Source of the DNA: the human T2T-CHM13v2.0 reference genome, Homo sapiens
Reading direction: 5' to 3' (one strand)
Assembly: GCF_009914755.1 (NCBI RefSeq)
Contig: NC_060938.1
DNA: 64,000 nucleotides
Positions 18,482-31,887 of this stretch are shown here, piece by piece. Made by a program: the position numbers and the translations under genes. Below the pieces are notes generated by a model, which saw only the letters and a list, made by a program, of their open reading frames with translations, had not been told where the DNA came from and did no database searches. The stretch's first letter is position 1. Each line of letters begins with the position of its first letter.

Positions 18482-19260
18482 TTATTGGGATGCTTTGAGG
18501 TTACCTAGAGTATATCTATCTTACAGTCTTTCGTGAAGTCACTTTCATGTGTGCATTTTATTGGGAGCTGAAAAGCTGGTATTTTAGGCCTACACTGGGA
18601 CTAATGCTGATCATCAGAGCTAAGGAGTGTTTTCACTTTTGTTTTGATTTAGAAACCAAACCATTATTTGGTAAATTTAACATCCTTAATGAAAATTCAG
18701 TAGCTAGATAGAACTTTTGTACCTGATTCATTGGCTCATTTTAAACAATTGAATATAACATATATACAGAAGAATGTACAAATCATGAGTATAATTAGAT
18801 AAATTATCCCAAAGTTGAAACACCTATATAATCATCATTTAGAACAAGATAACTAGAACAAAACCAGTGATCCAGAACATCCTCTCATGTTCCCTCCTAG
18901 TACCCATTTATGGGGAGAAGAAAAATACTGTGGTCATTCTGATATCCTGAACTAGAAGTCTGGTTTAAAGTTGTTTTGTTTTTTTCTTTTTCTCCCTGAC
19001 AATACTTTGTTGAGCTAAAATTATGCATACAATGAGATGCATAGATTTTCAGTATATAATTCAGTGATTTTTGATAAATATATATACCTATGTAATCATA
19101 ACCCAATCAAACTAAATAGCATTTCCATCCTCCAAGAGAGTTTCCTTGGGTCCCCTTCTGTTTCATCCCATACCCATAGACAATCATTGTGATTTCTGTC
19201 ACCGTAGTGAGTTTTACATGTTTTTAAATTTCAAATGAATAGGATTATACAGGATGTAGC

Positions 19261-19556
<296 letters not shown>

Positions 19557-20244
19557 AGGATGTAGCTTTTTTTTTATATGGTTTCACTTAGCCTAAGGCT
19601 TTTGAAATTCATGTTTATTGTTGCATATAATAGTAGTTGGGTCTTCTTTATTGCTAAGTAGGATTCCATTGTATGAATATAATAAAATGTTTTTTTTTTC
19701 TGTTGATGAATATTTGGGTGGTCTCCAGTTTTGGGCTATTGTGAATAATACCTCTATAATACTTTTACAGTTGTTCAGAAGTTTTCCAGTTGCTTCACAT
19801 TTGTGTTAACATTTGGTGTTGTCAGTCTCGTTACTTTTAACCATTCTAATAGATATAAAATGTATCTTGTTATGGTTTTAATTTGTGTTTCCCTGATGAT
19901 CAATAATATTGAGCCCTTTTCCACATGTGTATTAGATCTCATATTTTCTTTTGTGACGTGTCTGTTCAAGTCTTCTACTCATTTTTTATTTTTTATTTTT
20001 TATTTTTATTTATTTATTTTTTAGTAATTGAGTTGTAGGAATTTGTACGTATTTTGGCCATGAGTCCATTGTCAGGTAATAGATATTGGGAGTATTTATC
20101 CCAGTCTGTGGCTTGTCTTTTTATGCTGGAGTTTGAATTTTAATGAATTCCAATTTCTTATCTTTTTTATGCTTAGTGCTTTTTGTATCCTCTTTAAGAA
20201 ATCTTTGCCTGTTTACCCCAAGGTTATAATGATAAGAATGTATT

Positions 20245-22612
20245 TATTTTTTTTTCTTTTTTAAAATTCTTAATTTAAAAATTTTATGGGTATATAGTAG
20301 ATTAGTATATTTATGGGGTACATGAGATATTTTGATACAGACAGGCACTGAGTAATAATTGCATCAGAGTAAATGGGGTGTTCATCCCCTCAAGCATTTA
20401 TCCTTTGTGTTTCAAACAATCGAATTATACTCTTTTAGCTATTTTAAAATGTACCATCAAATTATTTTTTACTATAACTACAGTCACCGTGTTGTGCTAG
20501 CAAATATTAGGTTTTATTCATTCTTTCTGTTTGTTTGTACCCATCAGCCATCCCCATTCCCTCCACCCCCACCACCCTTCACATCCTCAGGTAACCATCT
20601 TTCTATGCTCTATCTCCATGAGTTCGGTTGTTTTAATTTTTAGGTACCACAGATAAGTGAGAACATGTGATGTTTATCTTTCTATGTCTGGCTTATTTCA
20701 GATATTTGAGAGGACTTGAGTGTTGTGATCTAAGTTGTATCTGCTTTAGGGGGCACCCCAAACCTAGTAATGCTTGGTTCTTGCAGACGTGCAGAGGTAC
20801 TGCCTTGATGGTCTTGGACAAGATGTGGGTGAATTCTCTGGATTACCATTCAGAGGCTCTTGTTCTCTTCCCTTACTTTCTCCCAAACAAACAGAATCTC
20901 TCTCTGTCTGTTCTGAGCTACCTAAAGCTGGGGATAGGGTGACACAAGCACCCCTGTGTCCTCTACCACTGTGACTGCACTAGTCAGACCTGAAGCCTGC
21001 ACAGCACTGGGTCTTGTCCTGCTGTTACCACTATCCGGCTACTGACTATGTTTGCTCAAGGCCCTGTAGCTGTACGATCAGCAGGTGGCAAAGCGAGACA
21101 GGCTTGTGTCCTTTCCTCAGGGCAGTGAGTTCTCCCAGACCCCAGGTGGGTCCAGAGATGCCATCTGGGAGCCACAGACTGGAGTCAGAAACCTTAGAAG
21201 TCTACCTGGTGTTCTGTTATACTGCTGCTGAGTTGGCAGTCAAAGCATGAGGTGCAGTTCTTCCCATTCTTTCCTCTTCTTTCCACAGGCAGAGGAGCCT
21301 CACTCTGTGGCCACCAGCACTACAGACCCACAGGGCATACTTCTAGGCTTCCACTGATGTTCACTTAAGGCCCCAGGGCTCTTCAGTCAGCTCGTGGTGA
21401 AGGTTGTCAGGCCTGAGACTCACTCTTCAGGGCAGTGGGCTCCCCTCTGGCCCAGAGCAGGTCCAGAAATGCCATCCAAGAGCCAAGGGACCTAGGACCC
21501 CACATGGTGCTCCACCCCACTGTGGCTGAGCTGGCACCTAAGGTGCCAGGCAAAGTCTCCTTTACTTTTCCCTTTGCTTTTATCAAGTAGATGAAGTCTG
21601 TCATTGTAGCTACCACAGCAGGGAATGTGCTGTATCTTACCTTAAGCCAGCACATCTCAGAGTCTCACCCAAAGGACCGTGGCATAGTTCCCGGGCATTG
21701 CTGCTGGTTGTTCATGGCCCAGAGGCCCTTTATTCAGCAGGTGTTGGTCCTGCCATGACTGGATCCTTCTCTTCAAGGTATCGGGTTACCTTCTGGCCCA
21801 GGGTGTGTCTAGGAATGTCGTCCATGAGCCTGGAGTGGGGTCCTCACAGGTCTGCTCTGTGCCCTGTCCTACTGTGGCTAAGCTGGTATCCAAGATGCAA
21901 GACAAAGTTCTCTTTGTTCTTCCCTCTCCTGTCCTGAAGTGAAGAAAGGGTCTCTTGTGAAGCCACGACCTGTGCAGCCTGGGGTTGGGGGAGTGTTGGT
22001 GCATGCACTCCATTAGCTGCCCTGGCTGGTGTCTTAGTAGGTTGTGTGCTTCCCTGGTCCACTGGCTCTGAGCACAGCTCAGCTCTAGGACTCGCCTAGG
22101 AGCTGCAGTCCTTGTAGCCTAGACTCCCTTTGAAGTTTATTTAGAATCCCAGAGCACTCCAGCTCGTGGTGTTGAGGCTTGCTGGAACTCAGGTTCCGAC
22201 CTCTGGGATGAGCGATTCCCCTCTGGTTAGGGCCAGTCCATATGCTTCCTCTGTGTGCAGGCATCAGGTAGGTGCAGCCTGGTTCTGCTTTTTGCTATGA
22301 TGGGGCAGCACAAAGTTCAGTGCAAAGTCTCACAGTTGCTGCATTCTCCCTCCCCAAGCACACAGATTCTCTGTGCCACACAGCTCTTGGGTGATGGGGA
22401 AGGGTGGAGACCACAATTCAAGACTGTCTTTCCTGACCTTTTCAGTGTGTCTTTCAGTAATATAAAATTGAAACCAGGTATTCTGAGTGCTCATCTGATT
22501 TTTGGTTCTTATGTAGGTTTTGTGTATGTGTGTAGAGAGTTGTTAAATTTGGTGTTCCTGCGTTGGGGGCGGGGGGCAATTTTTTTGCAGCCTTCTATTC
22601 CACCATCTTGCT
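20245..22612 (-). mobile_element. L1MA-type element: 3' end (20245-20700) joined directly to a long 5'UTR (20701-22612); ORFs absent
   Basis: L1MA 3'UTR to ...ggcttatttca; GC-richer 5'UTR with repeated monomers; 5' terminus ctattccaccatcttg (caagatgg YY1 motif) at 22595-22610. Confidence 0.72.
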
Positions 22613-23829
22613 TTGCTGTCTCTCTCTTATGTTCTCAAAGCTTTATAGTTCTGTCTTGTACATCTTGAATTAATTTTTATGTGTGAAATAAGGGTCAATG
22701 TTTATAATTTTTTATAGTTTATACAGTTATGTTAGCATCATTTGTTTGAAAGACTTCCCTTTCCCTGAATTTATTTATATATTAGATAAAAATCAATTAA
22801 CCGTATGTGTATCATCTATTCTGGATATGCAGTTGTGCTCCATTGATCTGTTTGTTTAATCCTTACTGTAAAACCACATTGTCTTGATTATTATAGCTTT
22901 ATAGAAGGCTTAAAATTAGGAAATGTGCATTTTCCAACTGTGTTTTTTCAATTGTTTTGGCTGCTCTAGTTTCTTTTACTTTTCTATGTATTTTAGATTC
23001 AATTTGTGCAGAAAAGCATGTTGATACTTTTATTAGGATGATATTCAATATACAGAACAATTTTGGATGAATTGAGATTCTGACAACATTGAGTCTTCTA
23101 ATCTGTGACCTTTTCCTACATTTTGTTAGAGATTCTTTAATTTCTTGGAGTAATGTTTTATAGTTTTTAGCATATAGGTCTTCTTTTGTTAGATATATCT
23201 TTTATGTAATTTATATTTTTTGATCATCTTGTAAATTGAATTGTTATTTAAGTATTGAATTTCAAATTGTTTGTTGCTAGTGTACAGAAACATATACTAC
23301 TGATTTTTGTACATTAACCTTGAATCCTGTGACTTTGCTAAATTTTAATAATCTAGTAGTTGTTTAGTAACTGTATTAGTGTCTTGTGTGTACATTTATG
23401 TTGTCTGCAAATAAAACAGCTTAATTTCTTCCTTTTCAATCCATTCCTTAAATTTGATTTTCTGGTATTCTTATTGCCCTTACTTACTGCCAGTATAATG
23501 TTGAACACAGAATTAGAAGAGACATCCTGGCCTTTATCCTGATTTTGGTGGGGAAGAACATTAAGTATTTTGTTGCTATGAAAGATGATAGCTGTATCAT
23601 GCCCTCTCTCAGGTTAGGAAGTTCCTTCCTGTTTCCTTGTTTCTTGAAAGTTTTTATTGTTAATCATAAATGTTGAATTTTTTCAAATGCTTTTCCCTTA
23701 CCACTTATTGAAATGATCATATAATTTTTCTCCTTTATTCTTTTTAATTTGGTTATTTATTCTCACTGATTTTCTGATGTTAATGTTTTCTTGATCATAT
23801 TTTAATTACAATGAGTAATATTGTAATTA

Positions 23830-24157
23830 TAGTTGTCCCTCAATATCTGTGGGGGATTGGTTCCAGGAACTCTATAGGTACCAAAATCCATGAAGGCTCA
23901 AGTCTCTTACATAAAGTGGTGAATGTGGTATTCGCATACAATCTACACTCAGCCTCCCTTTAAATAATTGCTGTATTACTTATAATAACTAATACGGTGT
24001 AAATAGTTATTATACTGAATTGTTTAGAGAATAATGACAAGATAAGTCTGTACATATTCAGTACAGATGTAACCATCCAATTTTTTTTCTGAATATTTTT
24101 GATCTGCAGTTGGTTGAATTCATGAATGTGGAACCCGTGGATATGGTGGGCCAACTG
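23830..24157 (+). mobile_element. MER2 (Tigger-family non-autonomous)
   Basis: TIR-like ends tagttgtccctcaatatctgtggggg / gtggatatggtgggccaactg; TA flanks. Confidence 0.85.
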
Positions 24158-26014
24158 TACTTTTACTGCATTGCTGGATTGAATTTGCTAGTGCAGATAT
24201 TTTGTTAGACTTTTGCAATAGTGTTTGTGAATAATATTGGTTTGTAATTTATTTTTCTTGTAATATTTTTTTCAAGTGTTATATGAGAGTTAGCCTGGCC
24301 TCAAAAAGTAAGTTGGAAAGTACTTTCCTCTTCTGTTTTGTGAAATATCTTGTGTAAAAAATTTATTAGCTTTGGTTTAAATGTTGGTATTTGAAGGAAT
24401 TTATCGGTGAAACCCAGGCTTGGCGTGCTTTGTTTTGTTTTGGGTTGGTAGAACATTTTTGATGACTAATTCTATTCAGATTTTAAATTTTATCTTGTTT
24501 TAATTATGTTAAATTGTGTTTTATAGGAATTTGTTTCTTTTACTTTAATTGTATAATGTACACATGAAATTTGTTCATAATATTTTCTTATGTTTTTAAA
24601 TGGATATGGGATGTAGCAGTGTTCCCTCCTTATTTCTAATGTTAGTAATTTGTTTATTTTTCTCTTTTATTCTTGATTGTTCTTGCCAGATGTTTATAAA
24701 CTTTACTGGTTTTTTTTTTTCAAAAAAACCGACTTTTCACCCTTAGACGTTTTTCTGTCATATGTTTGTTTCTTATTTCATTGTTTCTGCTTTTATCATT
24801 ATTATTTCCTTCCTTTCATTTGTATCAGGCTAATATACCCTTCTTTTTCTAGCTCTTAAGGTAGGCAGTTAAATAATTGATTTAAATTTTTTTTTAAATA
24901 CAAGCAGTTAAGGCTATAAATTTATCTCTTAGGCGTTGCTTAAACTTTCACAAATTCTGATACGTTGGTGTTTTCATTGTCATTCAGTTAAAAGTAGTTT
25001 CTAATTTCCTTCTTTTGCCTACAAATATTTTTGGTATGTTGTTTAATATCTGAACATTGGAAGATCTTCTTAATAACTTAATGGCATTGATTTCTAGTGT
25101 AATTTTGTTTTGGCTAGAGAATACACTCTGTAATATTTCAGTGTTAAAATGTTTTGAGATTTTCTTTTTGTGGACCAGCACCAGCATGCGATCCATCTTT
25201 GTGAATATTTCATACGCTTTTGGAACGACTGCATTTTTAAATTATTTTGGTTAATGTTCTTTAAATATGATTTAGGTCAGGTTGGTTGACAGAGTTCACA
25301 TTTTTTTGTAACTTTATTGATTTGTCTAGTTACTGTATAAATTAATGAGAGAGGAGTGTTAACATCTCCAGGTATGATTGTATATTTGCCCATTTCTCTC
25401 TCTATTTCAATTTTTACTTAATATATTTTGGAGTTCTGTTATACTCTCATATGTTTTGAATTGTTATGTATTCGTGGTGAATTTGCCCTTTTGTTGTTAT
25501 GAAATACTCCTCTATATCTCTGGTAAATTCTTCATATTGAAGTCTACTTTATCTGATACTAATATAGCCACATTTGCTTTTCTTATGCATATAATTTCAT
25601 GGAATGTTTTAATTCTTTTACTTTTAACCTTCTATTTCATTATATTTAAAGTGAGTCTCTTGATTTCAACATTTAGTTGTATCTTACTGTTTTATCCAGT
25701 TTGATAATCTTTGCCTTTTAATTGGAATGCTTAGTTTATTTACATTTAGTATAATTATTAATGGTTGGGTTTCAGTCTACCATTTTGATTTTTTCCTCAT
25801 ATGTTTCATCTGTTTTTTTCTTTTTTCTTACGTTCTTTGAATAAATGAAATATTTCTTGAATTCCATTTAAATTCTCCATTAGGTCCTTAGCTATCTATC
25901 CCTCTTGGTATTATTATTCTATGACTGCTTTAGGGATTATAATATGTTTTCTTATCACAGCCTTCTTAAAGAAAAGTTAATATTGTGCTATTTAATATGT
26001 AGTTAAGAATGCTG

Positions 26015-26451
26015 TGTCTCAGTCCATTTAGTGTTGCTATAAAGGAATACCTGAGGCTGGGTAATTTATAAAGAAAAGAGGTTTATTTGGCTCATGGTTC
26101 TACAGACTGTACAAGAAGCATGGCACCAACATCTGCTTCTGGTGAAGGTTTCAGGCTGCTCCCACTCATGGTGGAAGGCAAAGGAGAGCCAGTATATGCA
26201 GAGATCACCTGACAAGAGAGAGGAAGTGAGGCGGGGAGGAGGTGCTAGGTTCCTTTTTTTTTTTTTTTTTTGACAACGAGCTCTTGTAGAAACTAATAGA
26301 GTGAGAACTCTCATTACTTTAAGGATGGCACCAAGCTGTTTATGAGGGATCCTCTTCCATGACCCAAGAACCTCCCACTAGATTCCACCTCCAACATTGG
26401 AGATACAATTTCAACATGAGGTTTAGAGAGACATCTATCCAAACTATAGCA
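26015..26451 (-). mobile_element. MaLR solo LTR (MSTB-like)
   Basis: tgtctcagtccatttagtgttgctataaaggaatacctgaggctggg...ccaaactatagca. Confidence 0.85.
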
Positions 26452-26587
26452 CCCTGTAACAATACAGTACCATTCACCATCTCCTATATTTTATTGTGAT
26501 ATATTTTAACTATACATCCATTATAAATCTCACATACAGTGCTATAAAACTTATTTAATCATCTTTTAAGCTAGTTAATAAAACAAT

Positions 26588-26885
26588 CTTTTTTTTTTTT
26601 TTTTTTTTTTGTGAGACAGGGTCTCACTCTGTCACTAGGCTGTAGCTCAGTGGCATAATCTAGGCTCACTGCAACTTCCGCCTCCTTGGTTCAAGCAGTT
26701 CTCCTGCCTCAGCCTCCCAAGTAGCTGGGATTACAGGCCACCACATCCAGCTAATTTTTGTATTTTTAGTAGAGACGGAGTTTCACCATTTTGGCTAGGA
26801 TGGTCTCGATCTCCTGACCTCGTGATCTGCCCGCCTCAGCCCCCCAAAGTGCTGGGATTACAGGCGTGAGCCACCGCGCCCGGCT
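26588..26885 (-). mobile_element. Alu (AluSc-like)
   Basis: Antisense Alu with ggatggtctcgatctcctgacctcgtgatc; TSD aaaacaatcttt on both sides. Confidence 0.93.
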
Positions 26886-27309
26886 GCCAAAACAATCTTT
26901 TTTATTTACCTACACACTTGCTATTTCAGTACTTTTCAATTTTTCTTTAGATCTGAGTTTAATCTGGTACTGTTTTTCTTTATCTTAAAAATCTTCATTT
27001 TTTTTCTATGTTGTGGGTCTGCTGGTGATGAATTTTCTCAGTTTTTATTTATTGGAAATGTCTTTATTTTTCCCTCCTTATTTTCACTGCATATAGAATT
27101 TTGAGTTGACATTTTAAATTCAAGTCTTAAATGATGTTCCACTGTCCTCTGGCCTTCAACTGCTACTACCATAGTAGTAGTTTCTTTAGTTGTTCTGTGA
27201 GTTAAGGTGGTTTTTTCTCTGGCAGTTTTCATAATTTCCTTGATATCTTTGGGTCATTTTTCTTGCCTATCCCTTAAATATTGATGCTTTCCAGAATTAC
27301 ATCCATAGC

Positions 27310-27510
27310 TCAATAGCTAAGGGCATGGACTCAGAAGTCACATCTGCCTGAGTTTATTCCATTTTCAATATCTAATAGCTGTGTGACCTTGGGCAGAAAC
27401 TTCTCTGAGCTTTTGTTTTCTCATCTGTAAATGGGGTTGATGGTAGTTACCTCATCATGGGGATTAAATGAGTTAATATGTGTCATATGCTTAGGAAACC
27501 TAGTGTCATG
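27310..27510 (+). mobile_element. MIR
   Basis: agctgtgtgaccttgggcag...tttctcatctgtaaatgggg...gattaaatgagttaatatgtgt. Confidence 0.8.
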
Positions 27511-28273
27511 TACATGGGTTTTGTAATTATTTTATTTTGTCTGGGTATACTTTTTTTTCACATTTTAACTTATCTTCAATTAAGATGTATTTTGCAATTG
27601 ATGGCTTTTCAGCATTGCTTTATCCCTGTATTGAAGTGGGGTCCTTTCAGAAAGGTTTTGTATCGTTTTTGCAGTCACCTGGAATGCTTTAACCTGAGGC
27701 ACTTTCAATTTAATTATCCGTTAGAAGTTTTGGGGACCACTCTGGTGGTATGAATACAGATCGGAAAGCTGCATGTATACCAACTGGTGGTTCATGTTGT
27801 TAAGGAGGTGTTTTCTCCCCTCTGCCATGGCCCAAGTTGAGAGATTTCTTTCTAAATTGTGGATTTATATATTATTTATCTTTGGTTTAAGATGATGTAG
27901 TCCTTTGGGATCCTAGCTTTATGTAGGATTCTCCTATTAGACCCCAATTTATCTTAGGTGTTTTTTTCGTTTAGTGCTACACAAAATAATGATGCATCTT
28001 ATAATTAGTGGTGTATTAGATTTGTTGATGTTATAATGGGTATCAACATTGTTACCAGCATTATCCCTGAGACACCTCTTCTGTCATGGCTTGAATTAAT
28101 GTTGATTATAGTAAGGGAAAGTAATGAATTGAGGACTTCTCTTTGGTTAACATTCATATTTGGAGGTGTGTGATTTAGTGGGAGGAAAAGGAGTTAGTAA
28201 ACAGGAAAAGAAGTAGTTCAAAAGGTAGGAAAAAACTAAGGATACTAATGTCATGAAGATTAAAGGTTTGGAG

Positions 28274-28450
28274 CAATGGTTTTCCAACATATCTGTATAT
28301 TAGAATCATCTAGGGATTTTAAACAATTTTCAAATTTCAGCTCACACCTCAGACCAATTAAATTACAAATCCTGGGCATGTGACCCAGGCATTATCACTT
28401 TTGGAACTGTCCACCTGATTCCAGTCTGTGGACAAGTTTGGGAATCACTG
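28274..28450. mobile_element. MER5-family (hAT-Charlie)
   Basis: caatggttttccaac...attagaatcatctaggg...gtttgggaatcactg TIR pattern. Confidence 0.7.
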
Positions 28451-29045
28451 GTGTGGAGAGTTTTAAGAATGATAGGTCAGGGAGAACAAGGATTGAGATA
28501 GGGCAAGGGAATAATAGATGTTCGGTGGAAATTTGTAAACCTTAACTAGAACAGGGAATGAAAAAAGATTATAGGGGTTTAAGAATACATTTATAACAAT
28601 ACTATGTAGGTAGAGGTGTATTCTACCTATATAGAGAGTATTGTATTCTAAAATAGGCCATTCAAGAATTTGGGGGCTGGGTGAGGGAAAGGAAAGGAAA
28701 ATAGGATGGTAGCTTAAGGAGGAGTGGTATATTAAATTAAAGCCTTTTTTTTTCTTAAAGAGGACAGCCATACCTTTTACAAGGTGAAAGGATTCAGTGA
28801 AGAGGCAGTGAAAATTATAGAAAATGAGAGGATTGTTTTAAAAAATTATGAAAAAGGCAAAAGGGAATAGGATTAAAGGTCAGAGAGGTAAGTTATTTTT
28901 GAAAAAGAAGTTCTTCCAAATTTGTGTTTGGAATAGAAAAAAAGGGCAGATAAAGTAATCCCATCCTACCTGACACTAAAAAGAAGTTAACAAAAGGTAT
29001 TCTTCCCAGTAGACGGGAAAAGATGGTGCATTTATTCAATAGAGC

Positions 29046-29240
29046 AGTGATGCACAGTTTTTAGTGTTCATGAAAATTACATGGAGAACTGATTTAAAAT
29101 TCAAATTTATAGGCTTTCTATTCCACTCTCCCACTTGAAGATTTTTATTCAGTAGGTCCCAGGTATGGCCAAGGAATTCACATTTTAATTAGATTATTCC
29201 AGGTGACTCTAATGCTGGTGGGTCTAAAATCAGGCTTAGG
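29046..29240. mobile_element. MER5B-like (hAT-Charlie)
   Basis: attcagtaggtcccaggtatggccaaggaattcacattttaa...ccaggtgactctaatgctggtgg. Confidence 0.6.
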
Positions 29241-29928
29241 CATACAATGGTACAGAGGCAGTTCTTTTTAACTGCTTTCAGAGGAATTAAAAAAAAGAGA
29301 GATGAGGAGATGAATGATAAGACCCCTGTGTAGCAGCAAAGGCCTACTGGATGCTGAATATCAAAATTTTTACTTTTGCCAAGTTTTTATGACTGTTTTC
29401 AATAACTCTTTGAAGCCTGCAAGGTGACATGGGTAAACCTTTTGTTAGATCTAGGATTAGTAACTGGTGTGGCAGAAAGTCCAAAGGAGAAAAATATCCA
29501 GGGAATTAATGAGTGGAACACTGAAGTCCTGGTTTCAAGAAAGACAGGTAGTCAAGAGGGATCAGGAGACTGGGTAAAATTGGAGAGATCAAATATGAAA
29601 CACCTGGAATGAGGAAGAAGCAATTCAGTAGCTGGTAGAAGAAAAGGTGTGAAAAGTGATGGATAAGTTGGTTGTGTTCAGAGGAGGGATATTAGAAACT
29701 TAGGCTTTTCTAAAAAATAAAAGAATTTGGAAATGAGGTTATGTGAGGAAAATCAGGTCTCTAGCAAAGCAATAAAAATGTCAAGGATCAAAGTATCACA
29801 CACTGGGAGCAGGGTTGCCAGGTAATATGTTGGATGCCCAGTTAAGTTTGAGCATCAGACACGCAATGAATAATTTGGGATCTGCCTTTTCTCCATATCC
29901 TCGCCAGCATTTGCTATTGCTTTTCATA

Positions 29929-30034
29929 ACAACATGGAATGCTTCACAAATTTATGTGTCATCCTTGTGCAGGGGCCATGCTAATTTTCCCTGTATCATT
30001 TCAATTTTAGTATATGTGCTGCTGAAGTGAGCAC
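29929..30034 (-). pseudogene. Full-length U6 snRNA retropseudogene followed by a short L1-like fragment
   Basis: Matches reverse complement of entire U6 (catggaatgcttcacaaatttatgtgtcatcc...gtgctgctgaagtgagcac); TSD ttgggatctg 29875-29884 / 30035-30044. Confidence 0.93.
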
Positions 30035-30069
30035 TTGGGATCTGTCCATACTAAAATATTATTCAGTAT

Positions 30070-30358
30070 GGCTGGGCACTGTGGCTCACACCTGTAATCC
30101 CAGTGCTTTGGAAGACCAAGGTAGGAAGATCACTTGAGGCCAGGCGTTTGAGACCAACACGTGCGACATCGCAAGACTCTATCTCTACAAAAAATAAAAA
30201 ACAGCTGGGCATGGTTGCATGTACCAGTAGTCTTGCTATTTGGGAGGCTGAGATGGGAGGACTGGTTGAGCCTAGGAATTTGAGATTGAAGTGAGCTGTG
30301 ATCATGCTGCTGCACTCCAGCCTGGGCAACAGAGTGAGACCCTGTTTCAAAAAAAAAA
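30070..30358 (+). mobile_element. Alu (AluJ-like)
   Basis: Diverged dimer with ttgaggccagg, gagcctagga, gagtgagaccctgtttc. Confidence 0.9.
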
Positions 30359-31531
30359 TTCATTGTGTATCTCATATTCAGGCATAAATGACTTTGAGTT
30401 TCCTGTATAACTGTGTTTGAACTGTTTGAGTCCACTTATATGAGGATTTTTTTCAGTTAACCACATTGGAAAATTTTTTGCAGATTTGGAACAACTTGAA
30501 AAAACTTGCAGATGAACCATGTATCTTAGAAATATCAAAAAATTAATAAAACATCACATATGTCATGAATGCCTAAAATATATGTTGATACTAGTGTATT
30601 TTATCATGTACTACCTAAAGTATACACAAATCTATTATAAAAGTTAAAATTTATCAAAACTTATGCATACAAAACTTACACACTGTGCATGGTGCCATTA
30701 GCAGTCAAGAGAAATGTAAACAAATGTACAGATGTAGTACTACGTTATAACTGCATAAAATTCACTGTACTACATACTATACTGCTGTGATAATTTTGTT
30801 AGCTACCTCCTGTTGCTATTGTGGTGAGCTCAAGTGTTGTGAGTATCCACTTAAAATGCTGTGTGCTAATGATCTCTGCGTGAGCAGTTCATTTCTCCAA
30901 TCAATTATTACAGTAAAAAGTTATGTCTTAGAGTTTTCATGTATTTTTCATTGTGTTTAACATAATACCGTGAACCTTGAATAACACCATGGGACCATGT
31001 GAAGTGCCACTAGTGATGCTGGAAGTCTCTGAAGAAGTAGAGGAAAATCACAACATTACAAAAAAAAGTTGAATTGCTTGATATGTACCATAGAATGAAG
31101 TCTGCAGCTGCAGTTGCTTGCCATTTCAAGATAAATGAATCCAACCTAAGGACCATTGTGAGAAAAGATAAGAAAATTTGTGAAGTTGTTGCTGCAGCTA
31201 CATTATCAGGCATGAAAACCTTGCACATTTTGCCAAATACCTTTTTACTTTGTATTGAAAATGCAGCTTATATATGAGTGCAGGATTGCTATAGTAAAGC
31301 ATGCCTGTAGACTCTAATATTATTCAAGAAAAAAATGAAGTCATTATATAACAACTTAAAGCAAAAGATAGCTGAAGAATCTAAAGGTGGAGAATTTAAT
31401 GCCAGCAAAGTATGGTTTGATAATTTTAGGAAGAGGTTTCCCTTAAAAAAATATCAATGTAACAGGAGAGGCAGTTTCTGCCAGCCAAGAGGCAGCAGAT
31501 GAGTTCATGGACATCATTAAGTAAATCACTG

Positions 31532-31865
<334 letters not shown>

Positions 31866-31887
31866 CTATCTGCCTGAACAGGTTTTT

